From contig WGUO01000019.1 of assembly GCA_014867205.1 (NCBI GenBank), positions 6,239-70,238 on the forward strand: a stretch of 64,000 bases of DNA. The letters are read 5' to 3'. The stretch comes from Muribaculaceae bacterium. Its GTDB lineage: Bacteria > Bacteroidota > Bacteroidia > Bacteroidales > Muribaculaceae. Positions 48,186-56,674 of the stretch are shown piece by piece. Each line of letters opens with the position of its first letter. Position 1 is the stretch's first letter. The notes below the pieces were generated by a model. The model was not told where the DNA came from, made no database searches, and was given only the letters and a program-made list of their open reading frames with translations. The position numbers and the translations under genes were made by a program.

Positions 48186-50612
48186 TCAGACATGCTCGCT
48201 TGTAGAGTAGTAACTCTTAAGACCTGCAGAAGGCTCGACGCCATTCAGTATAATCGCCATGTTGGTGAGCTCCTTGCTGCGGTACATTTTCTCAAGCTCA
48301 GGGAGTGCTGTGCGCTCCAGATGTCCGATTCTTACCACGAAGAGGCAACGGTCGCAAACCTTCTCGATTACCCTTGAGTCTGCCATTGAGTTGATAGGAG
48401 TGCAGTCTATCAGCACATAATCATAATCACGGGCCATCTCGTCGAGCATTCTTGAGAAGCGTTCAGTCTCGAGTAACTCTGTGGGGTTAGGCGGGAAGTA
48501 GCCGACCGGCATCACGTCAGCACCGTGAAGTGCCGGATTTGTCACCACCAGTTTTCTCCAGTCGTCGATGCTTCCGCTCAGATAATTGCTCAGGCCCTTG
48601 GTCGGACTTCCGGCGATTTCTGAAGTCGTGCCATGGCGCATGTCACCGTCGACCACCATCACTTTCTTGTCGCGCAGTGCGAGGGCGACTGCAAGATTGA
48701 CAGTGATAAATGACTTGCCGTTGTCAGAGTCAATTGAGGTAAGCATAACCCTAGAGCCGCGTATCTTGTGACCTTCGCCATCAGTCCCGTCGTTTTTGGA
48801 GAGCATGTTGAGGTTGGTCCTTAGCACGCGGAACGCGTCGTTGACAACATTACGGTTTGACGGCTCGACCACAATTTCCTCATTGATTCCGGCGGCTTTG
48901 CGCTGCTTGCGGCTCTTGCGGTTTTTCCACCATGGGATTTCACCGATCAGAGGAATCGTCATTCCCTCGAGTTCTTTCTTGTCGCGAACCTTGGTATTGG
49001 TTGATTCCCTGATGAAATTATATCCGAAGGGCAGGAAGGCTCCAAAGAGGAATGCAAGAGCGATCACCAGTTTCTTCTTGGGAGAAACCGGTTTCATCGG
49101 TCCGTTGGGTTTTGCAATCACCTCTGTATTATAAGGTGTGAAGGCCTGACTCAACTGATTTTCCTCACGTTTTTGCAGCAGGAAAGTGTAAAGACTTTCC
49201 ATCACCTTGCGTTTGCGTTCAATCGAGAGTATATGCTGACTCTGGCCAGGGGTCTTTGCGAGATTTGTCTTCGCCTCAGTCTGAGCGGCGCTTGCTGTGC
49301 GTATCTGGGTGTTGAGAGACGCAATTGCGTTTGACAGCGACTGTTCGATGCCGGTCCGCATTTCCCTCAGCCTTGTGTCATAGCCGGTGATCAGAGGGTG
49401 GTTGGATGTGGAGTTCGCGGCCAGCCGGTTGCGTTCGAGCAGGATTTTATTATACTCGAGCACAGAGGCTTCTATCCCTGATGAGATACCAATGTTGGCA
49501 GGCAGAACGTCATCGGCATGTTTGGGGTCATGCATATAGTTGAGCATGTACTGTGCGATTGTGATCTGATTGGTCAGCAACTGGAGTTGCTCGCGTTTGG
49601 CCTGGCTGTCCTGCATATATATCATTGTGCTCTGAGCGATGCTTGGCACAAGATTGTCCGACTGATAGGCAGCTATGTCATAATCTACGCCTCCAAGTTC
49701 ACGCTCGAGCGAGACAAGTCGCTCGTTGATGAACTCTGTCGAAGCCTTGGTGGTGGCGTTATGGGTCTGTACCCAACTTTCGTTATATACCTTGATGATA
49801 TTGTCGAGAATGTCGTCAGCGCGCTGCAGTACGTTGTCTGACGCTGTCAGCTCGAGAGTGTTGGCCCACTGGTCAAGGAGTTTTATGTCTATCTTGCCCT
49901 GGAATGCAGTTGTGGCAACGATGATAGGCTGGCGTCCTATCTTCAGTTCATACTCGGTGCCAGGTTTGTATTTGGGCCCCTGGCTAATGAGCAGAAGTCC
50001 CATAGGTGTCTCCACAGGCTTGCCGAAATGCACCGGGGCTTTCTGCACGAAATCAACTGGGGCAGAACCCGAATGAATATCGCCGAGCTGGAAATCCGAT
50101 AACTTGATATCACCGTTTTTGGCGATGTGCATCATAAACGATCCCCCTTGCTCGTCGGTGAGCTGGGGCATGTCGACAATGACCGGAAGAGAGTCTCCGT
50201 AGAGGATTTTGTCATGGAACCGGCCCGGCTCGGCATAACTGATGTTCAGCCTGAGGTTGCGGACCACCTCCTCCATAATGTCGGGACTTTGCAGTTTATT
50301 GATCTCATCGCGGATGTTGGTATTGGATGAGAACATACCCATTCCGGCAAACGCGCTGAGCTGTGATCCTATAGAAGTGCCACCTGATTCCTCCTTGATT
50401 ACCACCATAGAGGTTCTCTTGTAGGTGGGTTGCTGACGCAGCACATAGAATGTAGCAAGTGCCGTGCAGACCATAGCCGAGACAATAATCCAGGGCCAGT
50501 GGCGGAGGGTGATTCTAATTACGTCTGAAATCTTTGCAGATTTCGCTGATGTGTTGTTTTCCTCGTCGATATGCATGATGTGTAATGATGCGTTCTGTTT
50601 AGTGTCGGGCAT
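48186..50612 (-). CDS. wzc: Wzc polysaccharide co-polymerase / tyrosine autokinase
   Basis: Two TM segments with a periplasmic coiled coil; motifs DAFRVLRTNL, GKS, VDGDMR, PPNPTELL and LIDCTP. Confidence 0.92.
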   Translation of the reverse strand: MPDTKQNASLHIMHIDEENNTSAKSAKISDVIRITLRHWPWIIVSAMVCTALATFYVLRQQPTYKRTSMVVIKEESGGTSIGSQLSAFAGMGMFSSNTNIRDEINKLQSPDIMEEVVRNLRLNISYAEPGRFHDKILYGDSLPVIVDMPQLTDEQGGSFMMHIAKNGDIKLSDFQLGDIHSGSAPVDFVQKAPVHFGKPVETPMGLLLISQGPKYKPGTEYELKIGRQPIIVATTAFQGKIDIKLLDQWANTLELTASDNVLQRADDILDNIIKVYNESWVQTHNATTKASTEFINERLVSLERELGGVDYDIAAYQSDNLVPSIAQSTMIYMQDSQAKREQLQLLTNQITIAQYMLNYMHDPKHADDVLPANIGISSGIEASVLEYNKILLERNRLAANSTSNHPLITGYDTRLREMRTGIEQSLSNAIASLNTQIRTASAAQTEAKTNLAKTPGQSQHILSIERKRKVMESLYTFLLQKREENQLSQAFTPYNTEVIAKPNGPMKPVSPKKKLVIALAFLFGAFLPFGYNFIRESTNTKVRDKKELEGMTIPLIGEIPWWKNRKSRKQRKAAGINEEIVVEPSNRNVVNDAFRVLRTNLNMLSKNDGTDGEGHKIRGSRVMLTSIDSDNGKSFITVNLAVALALRDKKVMVVDGDMRHGTTSEIAGSPTKGLSNYLSGSIDDWRKLVVTNPALHGADVMPVGYFPPNPTELLETERFSRMLDEMARDYDYVLIDCTPINSMADSRVIEKVCDRCLFVVRIGHLERTALPELEKMYRSKELTNMAIILNGVEPSAGLKSYYSTSEHV

Positions 50613-50625
50613 GCATGCCCGTGAG

Positions 50626-51423
50626 TTATCTAAAGATTATGACGGCGATTGATGCAAGTACACTGGCCACCGAGACCCATACCGAAGGATTGTAGAATAC
50701 GTTGGCGGTCTCGGTTGCCTGTCTTTTCCTCGTGTTGTTGGGCTCTACATAGACCACATCGTTCTGGCGCAGGTAATATGCCGGGCTCTCCATCAGAGAC
50801 TTAGTGTCGGTGAGGTCAATTCGGTAGGCGACATCCTTGCCATTCTCCTCACGCACCACAAGGATATTGTTGCGCAGGCCCGTGATATTAAGGTCTCCGG
50901 CCTTCGATAGGGCCTGCATGATGGTCATGTTGTCCCGGTCAATCTGATACTCGCCGGGATTGCGCACATCTCCGAGTACAGAGATTCGCGCGTTGAGGTA
51001 TTCGACAGTGACCACGGGATCTTTGACAAGCTCGCGTGAGATGATCTCGCGCTTTATGAGCTCGGCCACACCATATCTGTTAAGTCCTGCCACATGAAGT
51101 CTGCCGATTAGCGGGAAGTCTATGTAGCCCTCGGGGTCTATTGTGTACGCGGCTGCCTTGGATTCTGTCATCGAGCCATTCGCGCCCATACCGATTCGGT
51201 ATTGGGCTATGGCGAGGTTGAAGGCAACTGCGAGCTCAGGGTCTTTCGACGTGACAATGATTGCGAGTTTGTCGTCAGGCTGCACCGTGATTCTTACGGG
51301 ATCTGCCACGGGAGTGGTCTGTCCGTTCTCGAATCCCTGCATGTAGGTAATGTCTTTCGGCACCTTGCACGATACGAGGCACATGCTTATGGCGGCGCAA
51401 ATCAGCAGATTCTTTAATTTCAT
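50626..51423 (-). CDS. wza: Wza polysaccharide export lipoprotein
   Basis: Lipobox LVSC; motifs GYIDFPLIG, VLGDVRNPG, AGDL and LRQNDVVYVEPN. Confidence 0.92.
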   Translation of the reverse strand: MKLKNLLICAAISMCLVSCKVPKDITYMQGFENGQTTPVADPVRITVQPDDKLAIIVTSKDPELAVAFNLAIAQYRIGMGANGSMTESKAAAYTIDPEGYIDFPLIGRLHVAGLNRYGVAELIKREIISRELVKDPVVTVEYLNARISVLGDVRNPGEYQIDRDNMTIMQALSKAGDLNITGLRNNILVVREENGKDVAYRIDLTDTKSLMESPAYYLRQNDVVYVEPNNTRKRQATETANVFYNPSVWVSVASVLASIAVIIFR

Positions 51424-51757
51424 TTTGTCTGATGTTTAATTGTCGGCTGAACCCTCAGGACGGGAGTCCGTCAGATGCATCGACTTTAGTGTGGACCTGA
51501 CGCCACCGGAATGGCGGCCCACTTTTGTTTATGATGTGTCTTTAGTCCTGCATGAGTGTGTAAAAGATGCGTTCTCAAGCAGTTATGGGTGGATAAACTT
51601 GAAATGTCTATTTTTGTGGGGATGTCCTGTATATTGAATACGCACATCCTGCGTTCTGTTTTTTTGGTTTTCGGTTAGTGGGATTCAGGCATCAACAACA
51701 GGGTCGGATAATCTCAGGCCATGCGAGAGATACTTAAATCCGCGAATTTTCAAAAAA

Positions 51758-51838
51758 CAAAATTACTATTTTTTACCGAAATTACAAAACAATTTTAAGA
51801 TATGCGGTTGTGAGATTGCTGGAATGTCTTTAATTTTG
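51758..51838. promoter_or_regulatory. Divergent -7 boxes for the polysaccharide operon (minus 51758-51765) and the DUF4491 gene (plus 51831-51838)
   Basis: TAATTTTG on both strands. Confidence 0.55.
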
Positions 51839-51913
51839 CGGGTGTAAATGATGATTCACGTGATAGCCGTCATGTGGCATCATCAATCGGGAAATGCTAT
51901 TATTGTTATATTT

Positions 51914-52264
51914 ATGACAGAGTATATGGAGAAAGCATGTGCGTTTATGACGCAGTATAATCTTGAGGGCCTGCTGATTGGACTGGCTACTTTTCTTATC
52001 ATCGGATTGTTCCATCCTCTTGTGATAAAAGGGGAATATTATTTCGGGGCTAAGATCAGATGGGCCTTTCTGATAGCCGGAGTAGTCTTTCTTGCGCTCA
52101 CAGTCGCTGTCAGAAATACCTTTGCCTCATCGCTGCTCGGGGTGACTGCCTTCAGCTGTTTCTGGAGCATCCATGAGGTTACGGAACAGGTGGAGCGTGT
52201 CCGCAAGGGCTGGTTCCCTGCCAATCCCAAGCGTTCGTCCGGCAGCCGGAACCACGGTGAATAA
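51914..52264 (+). CDS. DUF4491 family membrane protein
   Basis: GLATFLIIGLFHPLVIKGEYYFG...RVRKGWFPANPKR. Start uncertain (51914, 51926 or 51947). Confidence 0.8.
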   Translation: MTEYMEKACAFMTQYNLEGLLIGLATFLIIGLFHPLVIKGEYYFGAKIRWAFLIAGVVFLALTVAVRNTFASSLLGVTAFSCFWSIHEVTEQVERVRKGWFPANPKRSSGSRNHGE

Positions 52265-52302
52265 ATGGGCCGGCCGCATTGAAATGCAGGCCGGCCCATT
52301 TA
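52262..52302. terminator. Hairpin between convergent genes
   Basis: Stem taaatgggccggcc-gcat / atgc-a-ggccggcccattta. Confidence 0.75.
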
Positions 52303-52326
52303 CGGAAACTTAGTAGCTAAGAGTGT

Positions 52327-52788
52327 CTATTCTGGAGAGTCTGTGAATACCAGCGATCCTGTTCCGGGTTCGGTTCCTTCTGGAAGGTCTTTTGCCGAGT
52401 CTACAACCTTCACGTTGAATGCAGCAGCCGCGAATCCAAGAGACTTGTCAACCTGTGCCACCTCGCAGTTGACGGCAAATGTGTGGTTGCCTAAAGTCGC
52501 ATAAGAAGTATCGAAAGACCGTCTGAAAGGTGCGATTGGATTCCAGGCCACGCGGATATTGTCCCAGTAATAAGACACAGAGGTGACAATGGCTTTTGAT
52601 CCGTTACCCGTGACGCTTATCTCAGTGATCTCAAACGGAGAGTCCTTGACAAGATATACGACATTGTTGTCTATTACGACATTGTTCATTTTCACGATGA
52701 TGTCCACATCAGGCACATCATTGTCGTCGCTGCAAGACGCGAGCAGGAGAAAGGGCGCGAGCAGGAGCAGGTAAAGTAGTTTTTTCAT
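52327..52788 (-). CDS. Hypothetical surface lipoprotein
   Basis: Lipobox LASC followed by acidic SDDND. Confidence 0.75.
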   Translation of the reverse strand: MKKLLYLLLLAPFLLLASCSDDNDVPDVDIIVKMNNVVIDNNVVYLVKDSPFEITEISVTGNGSKAIVTSVSYYWDNIRVAWNPIAPFRRSFDTSYATLGNHTFAVNCEVAQVDKSLGFAAAAFNVKVVDSAKDLPEGTEPGTGSLVFTDSPE

Positions 52789-52924
52789 AATTTATATAGT
52801 TTTGTTTGTGATAGGTTCATGTGTAGTCAGCATATGTGCACGACCGCATACGGAGTCCTACCTTATAACATGCGTACTGGCCCAAAAGATTTAATCAGGC
52901 CGTAACTTCCCGACGATAAGCATC

Positions 52925-52957
52925 AAAAAAAGTGTCACGCACGATGCGCGACACTTT
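52925..52957 (-). terminator. Intrinsic terminator of mdh
   Basis: Stem aaagtgtc/gacacttt with a U tract on the minus strand. Confidence 0.75.
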
Positions 52958-52960
52958 CTT

Positions 52961-53006
52961 ATATAATACTGTGTGTTGATCAGATATAATACTGTGTGTT
53001 GATCAG
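52961..53006. repeat. Perfect 23-bp tandem duplication spanning the mdh stop codon
   Basis: atataatactgtgtgttgatcag at 52961-52983 and 52984-53006. Confidence 0.9.
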
Positions 53007-54016
53007 ACAGTCTTCTCGAGCAGATAGGGGTTGAGTTCGCCCCACTTCTCGATGGGAGGCATGATGCCGAGCGAGATGACCTCGTCGCGCAGAGTGCAGA
53101 GGTGCTTGTAGCTCTTCTCGAGTTCTACCTGCTCCTCGGGAGTTCCGGCAACCTGACGGAATGTCGCGCCGTCGGAAGTGATGGTAGTCTCCATGGCCAT
53201 CATGATGTTGTGGAACTTGTCGTCGTTAACATATACTCCGGCAGGCCACTTGAAGGCGGGACCTCCCATTGCAGCAGCTATCATCTCGATCGAGAGGTAA
53301 GCGGGACTCTGGAAAGAGCTGCGGCCGCGGAGCTCGATGATGTTCTTGCCACCCTGAATGACGCGTACCTTAAGGTCTTCCCATTCCTTCTCAGGGAGAG
53401 CACCCTCGGCGATGAGCTCTGTGAGGGGCTTGCCGTCAACTGTAACTGTTGATGCATACACAGCCATCTGCTCGCCGTGACCGCCATATGTGCGGGCGTT
53501 AACCACCTTGTCGGGGCTGATCTTGAAGTATTTTGCCAGTTCGTTGCGCAGACGTGTGCTGTCGAGGGCTGCCAGTGTAGTGACGCGGCCCGGCTTAACG
53601 CCAGAGTAGAGAAGTGTGACGAGACCGGTGATGTCGGCAGGATTGAAGATCACGACGATCTGCTTGACATCGGGGCAGTACTTGCGAACGTTCTTGCCGA
53701 AGTCCTCAGCGATCTTGCAGTTGCCTGCGAGGAGGTCCTCACGGGTCATGCCGGCCTTGCGTGGTGCGCCGCCTGATGAAACGATATACTTGGCACCTGT
53801 GAACGCCTTTTCGATATCGTCGGTGAATGTCAGGTTAAGACCGTCGAAACCGCACTGAAGAAGTTCCTCGGCCACGCCCTCGAGTCCCTTGGCATAGGGG
53901 TCATAAAGGCAGATATTGGGAGTAAGGCCCATCATGATGGCTGTCTGTGCCATGTTCGAGCCAATCATTCCGGCTGCTCCAACGATGAGCAGCTTCTCGT
54001 CTGTTAAGAAATTCAT
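53003..54016 (-). CDS. mdh: Malate dehydrogenase
   Basis: Motifs VGAAGMIG, APRKAGMTREDL, NPAD, LDSTR and GGHGE. Confidence 0.95.
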   Translation of the reverse strand: MNFLTDEKLLIVGAAGMIGSNMAQTAIMMGLTPNICLYDPYAKGLEGVAEELLQCGFDGLNLTFTDDIEKAFTGAKYIVSSGGAPRKAGMTREDLLAGNCKIAEDFGKNVRKYCPDVKQIVVIFNPADITGLVTLLYSGVKPGRVTTLAALDSTRLRNELAKYFKISPDKVVNARTYGGHGEQMAVYASTVTVDGKPLTELIAEGALPEKEWEDLKVRVIQGGKNIIELRGRSSFQSPAYLSIEMIAAAMGGPAFKWPAGVYVNDDKFHNIMMAMETTITSDGATFRQVAGTPEEQVELEKSYKHLCTLRDEVISLGIMPPIEKWGELNPYLLEKTV

Positions 54017-54170
54017 AGTTCTTTTAATAAAATTGGGTTATGTTTTTTATGATATTCAATTTATTAACAATTTGTCGTGTTGCTTCGTGCCCACGACCGT
54101 CTCCGGGTTGGCATCGCAACTCTTTTCATCTGTTACAATGACTGCCGGAGAGTTTTGTTCTTTCCAATTG

Positions 54171-54208
54171 CAAATATAATGCTTTTTCAAGATTTATTAG
54201 TAAATTTG
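54171..54208. promoter_or_regulatory. Back-to-back -7 boxes for mdh (minus 54171-54178) and radA (plus 54201-54208)
   Basis: TATATTTG on the minus strand and TAAATTTG on the plus strand. Confidence 0.6.
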
Positions 54209-54292
54209 TGGTGGATATTTAAAAATTTTTTGGAAACGCACCTCTTACGGTCATAAGTCCAGGCTTCGGGAAGTGTCGTTCATGATATAATT

Positions 54293-55660
54293 ATGGCAAC
54301 ATCAAAGGCAAAAACCGCATACGTGTGCTCCAATTGCGGATATGACTCGCCGAAATGGCTTGGGAAGTGTCCGGGATGCGGCGAATGGAATACGTTTGTC
54401 GAGGAAAGGATTCAGCCGGCACGTGGGCGCGCAGCCAAGGGGCGTCTGGTCAAGAGCACTGCGCCTGTGCGTCTGTCCGAGATAGAGATCACGTCTGAGC
54501 AGCGAGTGCATATGCCCTCTGAGGAGCTGAACCGCGTGCTTGGCGGCGGTCTGGTGGCCGGCAGCCTGACTCTGATTGGTGGCGAGCCGGGCATCGGTAA
54601 GTCCACTTTGCTTCTGCAGAACATCCTCTCTATCCGCAACCGCCGTATACTGTATGTCTCGGGCGAGGAGTCTGCCTCACAGCTGAGGCTTCGCGCTGAC
54701 AGGCTCGGCAAGGTTGCCGACAATACCTATATATTGTGCGAGACAAGTCTTGATGCCATATTTGAGCACATAGGGAACGTGAAGCCAGAGCTCCTTGTGG
54801 TCGATTCAATACAGACGATCTGTTCTTCGGAGATAGATTCGGCTGCCGGGAGTGTGTCGCAGGTGCGCGAGTGTGCCGCCTCGTTGCTTCGCTATGCCAA
54901 GGAGACGAATGTCCCCGTGATTCTTGTCGGGCATATTAATAAGGATGGAGCGATAGCAGGCCCCAAGGTTCTTGAGCATATAGTAGACACTGTGCTTCAG
55001 TTCGAGGGAGATCGGCAATATCTCTACCGCATATTGCGAACTGTCAAGAACAGGTTCGGCTCGACCTCGGAGATTGGAATCTACGAGATGGCGCAGCGCG
55101 GTCTGCGGGAGGTCCGGAATCCATCGGAGATGCTTCTCTCAGATAACCGTGACGAGGAGATGAGCGGGATAGCGATCGGTGTCACGATAGAGGGAGCAAG
55201 GCCGTTCATGGTCGAGGTGCAGGCTCTTGTGTCTTCGGCCGCATATGGCACACCGCAGCGTGCCGTGACAGGCTTTGACCAGCGGAGGCTGAACATGCTT
55301 CTCGCAGTGCTTGAGAAGCGTGCCCGCTTTAAGATAGGACAGAAGGATGTCTTCCTCAATATGGCCGGAGGGCTCAAGGTCGTAGACCCGGCGATAGACC
55401 TTGCCGTCGTCGCGGCAGTGATGTCGTCCAACTTTGACCTGACTATACCGAGGCGCACGGCCTTTGCCGGAGAGGTGGGCCTCTCGGGCGAGGTGCGCAC
55501 TGTCACTCGCATAGAGCAGCGGGTGGCCGAGGCTGAGAAACTCGGCTTTGAGACAATCTATATTCCCAAGGGGAACCTTAAAGGAGTCAAAGACAAGTTT
55601 ACAATAGGCATTGTCGAGGTCTCGAAAGTCACTGACATGTTCCGCTCCCTGTTCGAGTGA
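54293..55660 (+). CDS. radA: DNA repair protein RadA/Sms
   Basis: C4 zinc finger, GEPGIGKST, KNRFG and a Lon-like C-terminus. Confidence 0.97.
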   Translation: MATSKAKTAYVCSNCGYDSPKWLGKCPGCGEWNTFVEERIQPARGRAAKGRLVKSTAPVRLSEIEITSEQRVHMPSEELNRVLGGGLVAGSLTLIGGEPGIGKSTLLLQNILSIRNRRILYVSGEESASQLRLRADRLGKVADNTYILCETSLDAIFEHIGNVKPELLVVDSIQTICSSEIDSAAGSVSQVRECAASLLRYAKETNVPVILVGHINKDGAIAGPKVLEHIVDTVLQFEGDRQYLYRILRTVKNRFGSTSEIGIYEMAQRGLREVRNPSEMLLSDNRDEEMSGIAIGVTIEGARPFMVEVQALVSSAAYGTPQRAVTGFDQRRLNMLLAVLEKRARFKIGQKDVFLNMAGGLKVVDPAIDLAVVAAVMSSNFDLTIPRRTAFAGEVGLSGEVRTVTRIEQRVAEAEKLGFETIYIPKGNLKGVKDKFTIGIVEVSKVTDMFRSLFE

Positions 55661-55807
55661 GAAACAGTTTGTCTTTCGTGATACGCTCACGTGTTTAAGA
55701 TTCTTTTGACTAAAAGAGAACGTGACTTCCAAAAATTTTTACTATCTTTGTCACTCAAAGGCCCCGATGATGTGAATAATTTAATTTCGGGCCCGATGAA
55801 TATTGCA

Positions 55808-56473
55808 ATGAGTGTTATCATAGATTACAAGAATGTCGAGGTTGACCGTGCTGAGCGCATGGTGCTCCATGACGTGACGTTCCAGGTGTCGGAGGGGGAG
55901 TTCTGTTATCTGGTGGGCCGTGTCGGCAGCGGCAAGAGCTCGCTGATGAAGACCATGTATGCAGATGTCCCGGTGCCTCGTGGTGATAAGGCGGAGGTGC
56001 TTGGATTTGATCTCCTGTCAATTAAGAAAAAGCAGATTCCCTATTTACGCAGGGCGATGGGAATAGTGTTTCAGGATTTCCAGTTGCTTCAGGACCGCTC
56101 GGCGATGGCCAATCTCAGATTCGTGCTTGAGGCCACCGGATGGCGTTCGAAGCCGGAGATAGAGGCTCGGATCGAGGAGGTCCTGAAGGCGGTCGGCATG
56201 GAGAACAAGGGATACAAGATGCCGCATGAGTTGAGTGGCGGCGAGCAGCAGCGCATAGTGATAGCCCGTGCGCTGCTCAACAGTCCTAAACTGATACTTG
56301 CCGACGAGCCCACCGGCAATCTTGACCCGCAGACGGGTTACCAGATCGTAAGCCTGCTTCACAAACTCGCCGACGAGGGCACGAGCATACTGATGGCCAC
56401 CCACAATCTGCAGATGGTCGAGGACTTCCCCGCCCGGGTGCTGAAGTGCATGGACAAGAGGCTTGAGAACTGA
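55808..56473 (+). CDS. FtsE-like ABC ATP-binding protein
   Basis: Motifs GRVGSGKS, GIVFQDFQLL, LSGGEQQR and ADEPTGNLD. -7 box TATCTTTG at 55743; ATG at 55808 (or 55796). Confidence 0.88.
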   Translation: MSVIIDYKNVEVDRAERMVLHDVTFQVSEGEFCYLVGRVGSGKSSLMKTMYADVPVPRGDKAEVLGFDLLSIKKKQIPYLRRAMGIVFQDFQLLQDRSAMANLRFVLEATGWRSKPEIEARIEEVLKAVGMENKGYKMPHELSGGEQQRIVIARALLNSPKLILADEPTGNLDPQTGYQIVSLLHKLADEGTSILMATHNLQMVEDFPARVLKCMDKRLEN

Positions 56474-56565
56474 TGTTGAGTCTCAGAAACGGCTGATAAG
56501 CCATGCTCTGGAACATGATTAAAGAAAAAATTCCTTAAAAGTTTCCGTATAATCAAAATATGTAA

Positions 56566-56573
56566 TATATTTG
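56566..56573 (+). promoter_or_regulatory. -7 box of the mutAB promoter
   Basis: TATATTTG about 100 nt upstream of mutA; a short hairpin (cggcttcgg...ccgaagtccg) lies in the leader. Confidence 0.55.
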
Positions 56574-56674
56574 CGACTTGAATGGGGATTGATTAAACGG
56601 CTTCGGTGCTTGCGGCCGAAGTCCGGAAATAAAAATTTATTGAAATATAGCTAATACCAATAAATACGCTTAAA

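Noticed and set aside
55808..56473. FtsE-like ATPase without an adjacent permease
   Set aside because: Stand-alone FtsE-like genes are, to my knowledge, ordinary in Bacteroidota.
56574..56674. Cobalamin riboswitch upstream of mutAB
   Set aside because: The leader is only about 100 nt with one hairpin, and I see no B12-box consensus.
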